From the IMG/VR virus record IMGVR_UViG_3300025835_000018, positions 1 through 35,661 of that record: a DNA stretch of 35,661 bases; one strand, written 5' to 3'. This document shows positions 1 through 8,196 of the stretch, piece by piece. This stretch comes from a virus (taxonomy: Duplodnaviria; Caudoviricetes). Made by a program: the position numbers and the translations under genes. Numbering within the stretch: the first letter of the stretch is position 1; the number at the start of each line of letters is the position of its first letter. Below the pieces are notes generated by a model. That model ran no database searches and was not told the origin of the DNA. It saw nothing but the letters and a program-made list of their open reading frames with translations.

Positions 1-138
1 GGAGCAGGAGCGGGAGCTGGAGCAGGAGCGGGAGCGGGAGCGGGAGCTGGAGCTGGAGCAGGAGCGGGAGCGGGAGCAGGAGCGGGAGCGGGAGCTGGAG
101 CTGGAGCAGGAGCGGGAGCGGGAGCAGGAGCGGGAGCG
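1..138 (+). repeat. Tandem array of 23 hexamers GGAGC(A/G/T), truncated by window start
   Basis: Direct reading: 23 x GGAGCN with N = A(6), G(12), T(5); no stop codon in any frame. Confidence 0.97.
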
Positions 139-165
139 TATGAAAAACCAACAGGGAGGCGAGGG

Positions 166-618
166 GTGAGTTTTGTTTCTACCGACCCACAGAACCACAA
201 AGGTGACAGCGATATTTGGCTTACGCCACTTGATTTAATAACTAGGTGCGGGTTTTATAACTATGACCCTTGTCCTTATCGTGGCCACGAAACAGCCGCA
301 AAACTAGAATTAAAAGATGGTCTCAAATCAAAATGGCAAGGTAAGGTTTGGCTTAATCCCCCCTACAGTGAGGCTGATGTTTGGGTTTCTAAACTGATCG
401 AGCACGGCTATGGATCTGCACTATTGTTTGCTAGAACTGGGTCAAAATGGATGCAAAGAGCAATGAGAAGTGCAGACAACATTTGTTTTATAAAAGGCAG
501 AATATCTTTTATGAAGCCCGATGGGACATATGGGCACAACGCTGGTGCAGACTCTATGCTTTTAAATTTCGGGTGTGAAATTAATGACAAGTCTTTAGGG
601 CTTATTTTAAAAAGGTAA
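166..618 (+). CDS. Phage DNA N6-adenine methyltransferase (Dam-like)
   Basis: D-x-W-x-TP N-terminus, DPCP, W-x-G-x-VWLNPPYS catalytic motif, ARTG, FIKGRISF. Confidence 0.88.
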   Translation: MSFVSTDPQNHKGDSDIWLTPLDLITRCGFYNYDPCPYRGHETAAKLELKDGLKSKWQGKVWLNPPYSEADVWVSKLIEHGYGSALLFARTGSKWMQRAMRSADNICFIKGRISFMKPDGTYGHNAGADSMLLNFGCEINDKSLGLILKR

Positions 619-628
619 AGGGCCAACA

Positions 629-835
629 ATGACCTATGAAGAAGCATTGGAAAAAGCGGCTGAAAAGTATGTTTTTGAAGAAAATGGTCATTTCTTTAGT
701 AACAATAACGATGAGGCAGCAAACAATTTTACTTCTTTCAAAGCAGGCGCACAGTGGGCGATGAAATATATTGCAAAAGAAACAGCAAAGAAAATGAAGG
801 CCCAATCGGGCAAGGACTCAAGTGGAAAAGCATAA
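629..835 (+). CDS. Hypothetical phage protein
   Basis: ATG ORF in packed operon; SFKAGAQWA motif typical of small phage early proteins. Confidence 0.65.
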   Translation: MTYEEALEKAAEKYVFEENGHFFSNNNDEAANNFTSFKAGAQWAMKYIAKETAKKMKAQSGKDSSGKA

Positions 836-1094
836 CTTAAGACTCTGTGCAGAGTATTTATGGGACGGCTACCCGCAAGCAGTCGCCGTCCTAGGCCAGC
901 TGCAACAGTTCAAACGCTTTGATGAGATTATTTTGTGGCTCATGCGAAACAAGATTCGAGGCAAAGACTTGATTGATTTCTTCAGTGACGCTGAAGGAGT
1001 TGAGACTCGTGGTGTTCTCATGGGTGTAAAGAAAATATTGAACTACATTGATAACGATAAAAATGGACTCAACATAAAGGATTTAAAACTATGA
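822..1094 (+). CDS. Hypothetical protein
   Basis: GTG start, overlaps neighbours, ATGA coupling to next gene. Confidence 0.65.
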   Translation: MEKHNLRLCAEYLWDGYPQAVAVLGQLQQFKRFDEIILWLMRNKIRGKDLIDFFSDAEGVETRGVLMGVKKILNYIDNDKNGLNIKDLKL

Positions 1095-1333
1095 CAAACG
1101 CAAAAGACCCCGTGTACCCGCAGACAACAACAGTTGAAGTGCAGAGCAAGATCAGGCATCTCACACCTTTCCCAGAGATGACTGCAACAGGCGGCATAAC
1201 AATGCGCGAGCACTACGCGGGGCTTGCAATGGCCGCAATTGTGAGCAATCAAAAATCAGGAATTGAGCCGCCCCAGATCCCAGCGACAGCCCTGTGGCTT
1301 GCAGACAAACTTATAGAGGAGTTAAACAAATGA
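1091..1333 (+). CDS. Conserved hypothetical phage protein (GMTLRDYFA-like motif)
   Basis: GITMREHYAGLAMAAIV...ADKLIEEL resembles a widespread small phage protein family. Confidence 0.7.
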   Translation: MTNAKDPVYPQTTTVEVQSKIRHLTPFPEMTATGGITMREHYAGLAMAAIVSNQKSGIEPPQIPATALWLADKLIEELNK

Positions 1334-1566
1334 AACTAGGCCAGCTTATTTATAAATCTAGAGAGAAGAAAAACCTCACCCAGCAACAACTAGCTGATGC
1401 TATCAATACGACCGCGCAGTATTTATCAAACATTGAAAGGGGAGTGAGCCCCATGGAGGCTCGCAAAATGAAGCGAGCATCTGAGTTTTTAGACGTTCCG
1501 CTTAGTAAGATGATAAATGCTGCAACGCAAGATTACAGAAAAAAGCTCATCGAGAAGATGAATTGA
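1330..1566 (+). CDS. XRE-family helix-turn-helix transcriptional regulator
   Basis: REKKNLTQQQLADAINTTAQYLSNIERG; ATG at 1330 with GAGGAG RBS and ATGA overlap. Confidence 0.9.
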   Translation: MKLGQLIYKSREKKNLTQQQLADAINTTAQYLSNIERGVSPMEARKMKRASEFLDVPLSKMINAATQDYRKKLIEKMN

Positions 1567-1688
1567 TTTTCTTTATCTGTCGGGGCTGTGGTCATTTTTG
1601 GTATCGAGTAAACTGGCTTGGGTCGAAGCTTTATACGCAGTGCCCAAACTGTGGATCTTGTGACGTGGAGTTAGATCATGATGAGTGA
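1563..1688 (+). CDS. 41-aa zinc-ribbon protein (not in ORF track)
   Basis: TTG start overlapping upstream TGA; MIFFICRGCGHFWYRVNWLGSKLYTQCPNCGSCDVELDHDE has two CxxC pairs. Confidence 0.7.
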   Translation: MIFFICRGCGHFWYRVNWLGSKLYTQCPNCGSCDVELDHDE

Positions 1689-1781
1689 TGAGAAGTTGAT
1701 TGCCATAAACCATTTTGTGTTATTAAGTTTTATTATTTACAGTTGTTATCATTTTTGGGGAGCATTATGAAGGGGATATAT

Positions 1782-2333
1782 ATGGAGATGTTTTTAATTT
1801 CAGTGATCGTGTTTGCAGCGGGCGTTATGGTGATCAATAAGTTTGTGATCGAGCCTGAAGGAAAAGAAGTTGTGAGCATAGAGGAGCGTCTAAAGATCAA
1901 GATCGACTCTCTAGAATTGAAGATTGCGCGTCTTGAAGAGAGCGAAAAAGCCATCAGGGAAAGTCTTGACCACACTCAGAACCTGGCTGAAAACGGCGAG
2001 CAGTTCATGAAGGCAAACGAAGCTGAGATCAAGAATCTTAAGAAACTTAATAGCACTATGCAAACAGGCTACATGGAGGCTTTCACTAGACTTGATCGCT
2101 TAGAAAATGTCACTCAAAAAGCGCCTGAGATTATGCGCTTGCAACTTGAAGAATTTAAAAAGCCCATCATTGCCCAGATTCAACAGACAAGAGCGCAGAG
2201 ACCCGTTCAAGTGGTCTGGAAAAAACATCAAGCAAAAGATGGAAAACTTCACTGGGTGATGACAGATAAGACTGTCGAATATTCAAGGGCTGAGTATTTA
2301 AAGAAGATTAAAAAACAGAGTAAGAAGAAATGA
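1782..2333 (+). CDS. Membrane-anchored coiled-coil protein
   Basis: N-terminal hydrophobic helix (FLISVIVFAAGVMVI) then heptad-rich region; AAGGGG RBS before ATG 1782. Confidence 0.7.
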   Translation: MEMFLISVIVFAAGVMVINKFVIEPEGKEVVSIEERLKIKIDSLELKIARLEESEKAIRESLDHTQNLAENGEQFMKANEAEIKNLKKLNSTMQTGYMEAFTRLDRLENVTQKAPEIMRLQLEEFKKPIIAQIQQTRAQRPVQVVWKKHQAKDGKLHWVMTDKTVEYSRAEYLKKIKKQSKKK

Positions 2334-2587
2334 AACACTTTTTAAAAATCTGGCCCCAATATTATGAAGCTGTGAGTGAGGGTGTAAAGACTTTTGAATT
2401 GAGAGAAAACGATAGAGGCTTTCAAAAGGGAGATCGAGTCGTTTTACAAGAGTGGGACCCTGTGGAGCATCAGTATTTAAAAGACACCCAGAAGCCTGAT
2501 CTTCAGTTTGAAATAGGTTATGTGTTGCCTGTTGATTCTGAGCGCGTGGTGTTTAGTCTTCTTGAGCTATCAGATGAAGACGATTGA
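2330..2587 (+). CDS. DUF3850/ASCH (PUA-like) domain protein
   Basis: HFLKIWPQYYEAVSEGVKTFELRENDRGFQKGDRVVLQEW. Confidence 0.88.
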   Translation: MKHFLKIWPQYYEAVSEGVKTFELRENDRGFQKGDRVVLQEWDPVEHQYLKDTQKPDLQFEIGYVLPVDSERVVFSLLELSDEDD

Positions 2588-2747
2588 AGCTCAGCTTATT
2601 AAAAGAATCAAGGAGTATGAGAAGCTTCTCCGAGCAAGCCTTGGGATTTTGAACTCAAAACAGGTCATTGTTTTAAAAAAAGATGACGTTTTTTTAAGTG
2701 CTCTAGATAATTACAGAGCTAGACTAAAGGAGTATGGCATCGAGTAG
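2574..2747 (+). CDS. Hypothetical protein
   Basis: ATG 2574 overlapping upstream gene; helical charged product. Confidence 0.55.
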   Translation: MKTIEAQLIKRIKEYEKLLRASLGILNSKQVIVLKKDDVFLSALDNYRARLKEYGIE

Positions 2748-2863
2748 GGCGGTGTTATACTCTTGAGGGTGTCTTGGGAGTATGGGCCTAGCTGTTGCTT
2801 TGTTGTTTGTTTGCTTCACTGCCTGGGGGATACTTCCAAGACGCTTTTCAAAGTGGAGAAATC

Positions 2864-3037
2864 ATGGAAGATTTGTCTTGTCCTGCGTGCGCAGCACCCG
2901 TTATTCACAAGTTTTCACAGAAACTTCAGAACTACTCCATCTTAGAAATTACTTATCAATGTCAATCAAGAATCAGGAAAATGCTGCCACTGTCAGGATT
3001 TGAGTGGATTTCAAGATGTTATCTATCGCGCAACTAA
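2864..3037 (+). CDS. Small Cys-containing hypothetical protein
   Basis: GGAGA RBS before ATG; MEDLSCPACAAP with later Cys residues. Confidence 0.5.
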   Translation: MEDLSCPACAAPVIHKFSQKLQNYSILEITYQCQSRIRKMLPLSGFEWISRCYLSRN

Positions 3038-3226
3038 GGATTCAAGTTATACTTAAAGCAAGGGCGTGCCTGCCAGGGTGCAGTGATCAGGGACGATCAC
3101 TCTCTTGGCGTTGTCTTAAGTCGCAAGAGCTCCTGTTCAACTCGTCTTATTTTAAACTCTTGGTGAGTGGTCACGAAAACGATCAGGGCAAGGGCCGTGA
3201 GCGCGTAAGCTATAAAGAGTAGTCTT

Positions 3227-3532
3227 TTAAGCATGATTGGCTTTAAGGTTATCTAGGCGCTTGTGGGCGGCCTTTGCTTTTTCTTCAAGAAGGATGATCT
3301 TCCTGGCGTTCTCTTCTTTTTGATTTGTGAGAATTTCGAGCTTTGCCTCGACTTTGATCAGTGTGCTTTTGATGTATTCAAGATGAATGAGAAGATCTGG
3401 GACTTGCGCTAGAGCGTTTGCACTTTTGTCGATCACTTTTGTTGCATACGCGTCATAGAGTTTTTTAGCGAAGTGGTAGGCCAAAGCCCCTGCGGGTGCT
3501 GCAACACTTAAAGTCTGAGCGTCTACTTCCAT
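3227..3532 (-). CDS. Small coiled-coil protein ending in AHKRLD (holin/XhlA-neighbourhood type)
   Basis: Weak N-terminal hydrophobic stretch, coiled coil, KAAHKRLD C-terminus; GGAGG upstream. Confidence 0.6.
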   Translation of the reverse strand: MEVDAQTLSVAAPAGALAYHFAKKLYDAYATKVIDKSANALAQVPDLLIHLEYIKSTLIKVEAKLEILTNQKEENARKIILLEEKAKAAHKRLDNLKANHA

Positions 3533-3624
3533 GACTTGAATTATCCTCCAGGAGAGCCCTGTTTTGCAAGCCTATTGACTTTTCGCAATTAAAAGTGTTT
3601 AAACAATTACGTTGAAACATTTCT

Positions 3625-3921
3625 TTGGGGGAGTCCTTGAGTCACTATAGTTTTCAAATCAAGCCGGAGCTTAGGCCCTACATATGGGAAGCTCACGATT
3701 ACTTTTATCAAGAATACTCAAAAATCAATAACGGTTCAAAGCCCCAAAGACTCAAAGCCCTCAAGTATTTTAAAGCCCTTGAATGGGTCTACGAGGGGCA
3801 CTCAAGAGAGAAGCTTGCTCAATACTTTGAGGTGACTGAGAGTTCAATCAGGGACAAGATTCATCGCTGTCAGATGAAGACAGAGCAATACTTAGAGCTT
3901 AAGAAAATAGGAAGACTTTAG
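3625..3921 (+). CDS. HTH protein (sigma-70 region 4-like)
   Basis: YEGHSREKLAQYFEVTESSIRDKIHR. Confidence 0.65.
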   Translation: MGESLSHYSFQIKPELRPYIWEAHDYFYQEYSKINNGSKPQRLKALKYFKALEWVYEGHSREKLAQYFEVTESSIRDKIHRCQMKTEQYLELKKIGRL

Positions 3922-3923
3922 AC

Positions 3924-5354
3924 TTGTTAACGCCCTACAAATTTCAAAAGAAGATCATTGATCGCCATAAGACTCAAAAAGCTATGGCGCTTCTTATGGA
4001 GGCCGGCACTGGCAAGACCATGATCGCCATCAATTGGTTCAGGGAAAAGTTCAACCTGCATGGCGAGCTTTTGCCAACAATCGTGTTCTGCCCCATCATT
4101 GTTTTAAACAACTGGAGAGATGAGATCCTTCAGTGCTCTCACATCAAAGTCGAGAACATTGGTGTCGTGATGGGTTCAAAGAAAAAGCGCCTTGATACTA
4201 TTAAAAATCCAAAGCACAAGATTTTAATTGTAAACTATGAGGCCAACCGCAGTGACGAGATCTTAAAAGCCCTCATAGACTTTAAAGCGCGAGTGGTGAT
4301 CTGTGATGAGTCTCATAAAATTAAGAACCCTAGACTGCTGACAGCCAAGCGCAAGAAAACCACAACGGGTGCAGTGTTAGAAATATCCAAAGACTCTTGG
4401 TATAGAGCCATCATGTCGGGCACACCAAACCCAGCGCCTGAAGACATTTGGAGCCAGTATTATTTCCTTGATCGCGGTGAAGTGTTTGGTGAGAAATTCT
4501 ATTCATTCAAGAACAAGTATTTTGTGAACAAGAATGCAAACTGGAAGGATTCGAAAGCCTTCCCAGACTGGCGCTTTATTGAGTCGAAAGCTCCTGAGTA
4601 CAAACAAAACCTTGCTCGATATGCCACTTCAATGAAAAGAGAGGAGTGCCTTGACCTGCCAGACCTTATTCAGCAAAGAGTTGAAGTTGAGCCATCCCCA
4701 GAGATGCTCAAGCACTACAACGAGCTTAAGCGTGATTTGATCACCTGGCTTGATGGGCAAGAGGAAAACCCACTGGCTGTGCAGAATGCTTTAACTAAGA
4801 CTCTGCGCTTGAGTGAAATCCTGAGCGGCTACATGAGGCTTGAAGACGAGTCGCTCGTGTCGTTTCAAACAAATCCCACACTTGATACACTGTTGGAGCT
4901 CATCGAATCCATAGGCAAAGCGAAAGTGATTGTCTTTTGCAACTTCAAACAAAACTATGTGGACATTGCTAAAGCTCTTGATAAGAAAAAAATCAAGTAC
5001 GTTGAGATTCATGGCGGCATTTCGACAAAGCAAAAGCTTGCAAACGTGGATCTGTTTAATGATCTTGAGAGTGATGTTCAAGTGTGTATTGCTAACCCTG
5101 CATCTGGGGGCGTTGGCATTAATTTAAAGTCCGCAGGCTACACGATATATTATTCAATGGGGCACTCTCTAATTGACTTCGAGCAGAGTTTAGCTAGAAA
5201 TTACAGATCAGGCAGCATCGATCTTCATCAAAAAATTACGCACTATTATCTGTATCACAAGGGTCTTATGAGTGAGCTTGTGATAGACGCTGTCTTAAAT
5301 AAAAAGCGTCTGGCAGATAATTTATTAAACCTTAAGGAGCGTCTATGCAGGTAA
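3924..5354 (+). CDS. SNF2-like superfamily 2 helicase
   Basis: MEAGTGKT (motif I), ICDESH (II), MSGTP (III), GGVGINL (V), QSLARNYRSG (VI). Confidence 0.92.
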   Translation: MLTPYKFQKKIIDRHKTQKAMALLMEAGTGKTMIAINWFREKFNLHGELLPTIVFCPIIVLNNWRDEILQCSHIKVENIGVVMGSKKKRLDTIKNPKHKILIVNYEANRSDEILKALIDFKARVVICDESHKIKNPRLLTAKRKKTTTGAVLEISKDSWYRAIMSGTPNPAPEDIWSQYYFLDRGEVFGEKFYSFKNKYFVNKNANWKDSKAFPDWRFIESKAPEYKQNLARYATSMKREECLDLPDLIQQRVEVEPSPEMLKHYNELKRDLITWLDGQEENPLAVQNALTKTLRLSEILSGYMRLEDESLVSFQTNPTLDTLLELIESIGKAKVIVFCNFKQNYVDIAKALDKKKIKYVEIHGGISTKQKLANVDLFNDLESDVQVCIANPASGGVGINLKSAGYTIYYSMGHSLIDFEQSLARNYRSGSIDLHQKITHYYLYHKGLMSELVIDAVLNKKRLADNLLNLKERLCR

Positions 5355-5758
5355 AAGAATTGCAAGCCGTGTGTTTGCAAATGAAAAGTATAAACAAGCA
5401 AATCAAAGAGCTTGATGATAAGAAAAAAGATTTGAATCTAGAGCTCTCAACTCTTAAAGCTTCAGTTGTCGAGCATCTTGATAAGCTTGAGATTAAGAGC
5501 TTTGATTTCGGTGAGGGCAAGGTCACAATCGTTGAGAGACGCTCTGTGAAAATGCTTGATAAGTTTCAATTCTTCGAGTGGTTAAAAACAAAGGGCACAT
5601 TTGAGGACATTGTGTCTGTTAACGCTCAGACTTTAAATAAGATTTACAAAGATGAGTTTGAGTCAGCTCAAGAGTCTGGTGACATTGAGTTTTTGGACGC
5701 AGGCTTACCTGGCTTAAGTGAGCCACAAGTGTTTCGTGATATTCGTATTTTAAAATAA
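5345..5758 (+). CDS. Hypothetical replication-module protein (N-terminal coiled coil)
   Basis: Between helicase and SSB-like gene; FFEWLK...VNAQTL...LPGL pattern common in such modules. Confidence 0.65.
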   Translation: MQVKELQAVCLQMKSINKQIKELDDKKKDLNLELSTLKASVVEHLDKLEIKSFDFGEGKVTIVERRSVKMLDKFQFFEWLKTKGTFEDIVSVNAQTLNKIYKDEFESAQESGDIEFLDAGLPGLSEPQVFRDIRILK

Positions 5759-5797
5759 AGGGCAATCATGCTCTTTGATAAAAAGGAGAAAAATAAG

Positions 5798-6598
5798 ATG
5801 ACTAAGGAACTAAAAAAGAAGGAAGCCTCGCAAGAGATTCAAGTATTTACTGAGGGTACATCTATGGGTGTGGCCGATGAGTTGTCATCATCAGATGTGC
5901 AGATGCCTAGCATTATGCTCATGCAAGCAAACGCTGAGCTTGTAAAGGACAGATCAACTGACGTGAAGTCAGGAGACTTTGTGAATTCCATCACCCAAGA
6001 AATCTGGGGGTCAATTGATGAGCCCCTAGAAGTGGTAGTTGTGAGTATGTTTAAAACCCGTCAATGGACTGCTGTTCAAGGTAATGAGTGGATCAAAACT
6101 GAAGCCTTCACGCCAGAAATGGAGGGTGAAGATTACGAGATTGAGCTTGATGGGAAGACTGTAAAGCGCCAGAAGATTTTCAATTACGTTTGCTTCAGAC
6201 CACTAGACATCAGAGAGATTGAACTGCCAAACGGTGAGAAGCACTACGTGGCAAACCCGTTTGTGGTGAAGTTTAAAGGCGCGTCTTCAAAAAATGCCAA
6301 GCGCTTCAATCAACATCTTCGAGATCTTGCGACCTTCAAACAACAACCCTCATGGTGCATGAGCTTTAATCTGACGGCCTACGAGGACTCAAACGAGCAT
6401 GGGTCATTCTTTGTTTTCGACATGAAAAAGAGAAGCCCTACGATGCGTGAGACTCAATTGGCAGCAGCAGCCCTCAACAGGATGATTAAAGAGGCGCAAG
6501 CCAAGGGTGGCATTGACGTAATCGACCAGGAAGAAAAAGTCGTTGATGTGCCGTTAAAGAATCATGCGCCGGGCGCCCAGGAACAAGCGAGATTTTAG
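5798..6598 (+). CDS. Putative ssDNA-binding/annealing protein
   Basis: AAGGAG RBS; D-x-x-MP-x-I-x-LMQ start, beta-rich core, acidic tail ending in Phe; genomic context. Confidence 0.55.
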   Translation: MTKELKKKEASQEIQVFTEGTSMGVADELSSSDVQMPSIMLMQANAELVKDRSTDVKSGDFVNSITQEIWGSIDEPLEVVVVSMFKTRQWTAVQGNEWIKTEAFTPEMEGEDYEIELDGKTVKRQKIFNYVCFRPLDIREIELPNGEKHYVANPFVVKFKGASSKNAKRFNQHLRDLATFKQQPSWCMSFNLTAYEDSNEHGSFFVFDMKKRSPTMRETQLAAAALNRMIKEAQAKGGIDVIDQEEKVVDVPLKNHAPGAQEQARF

Positions 6599-6612
6599 AG
6601 TAGACAAGTATT

Positions 6613-6648
6613 AAGCCTCCGTGGTGTATTTTATTCACGGGGGTTTTT
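6613..6648 (+). terminator. Intrinsic terminator
   Basis: AAGCCTCCGTG...CACGGGGGTTT stem running into T-tract. Confidence 0.65.
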
Positions 6649-6650
6649 AA

Positions 6651-6974
6651 ATGACTGAAGCCTACATAACCAAGAAGGTTAAAGAATACTTAATGGAGCT
6701 TAAAAATCATTTTGGCCCCGCGTTTTATTTCCAGAAAGTGTCCGACAGATTCACTGACGGCATTCCCGACTATTATATTACATTTAGAGGCAAGAGCTTG
6801 TGGCTTGAGCTAAAAGCCCCAGGCGAGCGGCCAAGGCCTCTTCAGATATACGTCTTAAAGCGCTTAGCTAAGGCCGGGAACATGGCCGAGTGGACTGATA
6901 ATATAGAGGACGCAAGGGAGTGTATAGATGAGTTTGTATCAACTTGCGACGCGAAAAGCTCAAAGATATTATAG
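6651..6974 (+). CDS. VRR-NUC (PD-(D/E)xK) nuclease, putative Holliday junction resolvase
   Basis: E...GIPD...WLELKAPG..PRPLQ. Confidence 0.88.
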   Translation: MTEAYITKKVKEYLMELKNHFGPAFYFQKVSDRFTDGIPDYYITFRGKSLWLELKAPGERPRPLQIYVLKRLAKAGNMAEWTDNIEDARECIDEFVSTCDAKSSKIL

Positions 6975-6988
6975 GCTTGCGTATTATT

Positions 6989-7054
6989 AACTAAATTAGT
7001 TGAGATAATGAGATTTCTTTGTTATTCTGTAAAAAGTCAGGTTAACAAAGGAGA
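6989..7054 (+). promoter_or_regulatory. Promoter/leader cassette copy 1
   Basis: TTGAGA(7000)-N17-TATTCT(7023) with extended TG; AACTAA-A-TTAGTT palindrome; AGTCAGGTTAACAAAGGAGA leader. Confidence 0.75.
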
Positions 7055-7060
7055 CAAACA

Positions 7061-7309
7061 ATGGAAAACATACTTTTAAAAGGAATCGCAGAAAGCCAAG
7101 ATTTTAAAACCGCCCTGGTTGCGATTGGATTTATGCTAGATGTTGTTCTTGAAATTGAAAGTAATCATTTCAACGAGCAGTTTGAAAACACTTTGGTGAA
7201 AATGATTTCATCCATGAAAATAACCCCAGAACAATTTATTAAAACTTTAGACATGATTGACCCCGGTATGGCTGGCGAACTTGATGGTTTTTTAGAGGGG
7301 GTGAAGTGA
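7061..7309 (+). CDS. Hypothetical acidic protein
   Basis: AAGGAG RBS directly behind promoter cassette. Confidence 0.75.
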   Translation: MENILLKGIAESQDFKTALVAIGFMLDVVLEIESNHFNEQFENTLVKMISSMKITPEQFIKTLDMIDPGMAGELDGFLEGVK

Positions 7310-7511
7310 TGTTTCGTCGCATTGTTGTCATATACGAATTCTTATTAATAGCGGGTTTTTTATAATGTTACTAGCTGCTTTTGCTAGTTTTCTGCACGGT
7401 TATTTTGGCCCTAGAGAGGCTGCCGCTCTCATGCTGCCGCTCGTTTTGAGTGTCATAAATCTTAAGCTCTGCTCATGCTATTTAAAAAGAACTAAGGTAA
7501 CTCCTGGTTGA
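7309..7511 (+). CDS. Hydrophobic small protein(s): 18-aa ORF 7309-7365 plus 48-aa ORF 7365-7511, fusible by -1 shift
   Basis: MFRRIVVIYEFLLIAGFL* then MLLAAFASFLHGYFGPREAAALMLPLVLSVINLK; junction GGGTTTTTTATAATG. Confidence 0.5.
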
Positions 7512-7534
7512 CCTGACAGTTTTACTTTGGAGTG

Positions 7535-7566
7535 GCGCTCAGGAGCTAACGCCCTGTGCGCTTTTT
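7535..7566 (+). terminator. Intrinsic terminator
   Basis: GCGCtCAGG...CCTGtGCGC followed by TTTTT. Confidence 0.6.
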
Positions 7567-7584
7567 ATATGAAAGGGTCAAATC

Positions 7585-7716
7585 ATGAGTGAAGAAATCA
7601 AACGCCTGCAATTCGTGATCGCTCAAATAGAGCTTCTTGGAGCCTGGAAAATGGCCCAGTATCTGCGCTCAATCATGCGTGAGATGATTCAAAACGATAC
7701 GTCTCAACTAAATTAG
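7585..7716 (+). CDS. 43-aa hypothetical protein (not in ORF track)
   Basis: AAGGG RBS; MSEEIKRLQFVIAQIELLGAWKMAQYLRSIMREMIQNDTSQLN. Confidence 0.5.
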   Translation: MSEEIKRLQFVIAQIELLGAWKMAQYLRSIMREMIQNDTSQLN

Positions 7717-7770
7717 TTGATAAAAGTTGTCTTTTTTGTTATTCTGTACAAGTCAGGTTAACAAAGGAGA
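7704..7770 (+). promoter_or_regulatory. Promoter/leader cassette copy 2
   Basis: TCAACTAA-A-TTAGTTGA palindrome; TTGATA(7717)-N17-TATTCT(7740); same 20-nt leader/RBS as copy 1. Confidence 0.78.
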
Positions 7771-7777
7771 TTATCAA

Positions 7778-8194
7778 ATGAAATATCTAGCCTTAATATT
7801 CTTACTCGCTGCGTGTGGTGAGAGCCAGAAAACAGACCCAGCGTTTTCCCCTTATATTCAAGAAATCAATCAAGATCTAAACGGGCACTTGAATATAAAG
7901 TCCACAATCGTTTTCGGAACCCCTGGACCAAGATTTGAGGCCACCTGTTTTCAAGAAAACTCAGTCATAATTGTCGATCAGGAAAAGTGGAAAGACATGA
8001 CTCATGAACAGCGCTACTGGGTTCTTTTGCATGAAATCGGTCACTGTGAGCTAAGCCTTGAGGACTCTGAATTGCTTGGACCCAATGGTTTGCCCACAAC
8101 CTTTATGTTTAACCCGTCAATTCAAATTGGGTTATTTGTAGAAGAAAACCCAGAGCTTAAGGACTTTCTTCTAGCCCCCTTGAGAGGAGAATAA
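7778..8194 (+). CDS. Lipoprotein zinc metalloprotease (HExxH)
   Basis: MKYLALIFLLAA-C lipobox; VLLHEIGHC zincin motif; later Met-turn-like FMFN. Confidence 0.82.
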   Translation: MKYLALIFLLAACGESQKTDPAFSPYIQEINQDLNGHLNIKSTIVFGTPGPRFEATCFQENSVIIVDQEKWKDMTHEQRYWVLLHEIGHCELSLEDSELLGPNGLPTTFMFNPSIQIGLFVEENPELKDFLLAPLRGE

Positions 8195-8196
8195 TC

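Noticed and set aside
7727-7777. Upstream TTG start of the metalloprotease
   Set aside because: Runs through the promoter; ATG 7778 has the RBS and puts the signal peptide at the N-terminus
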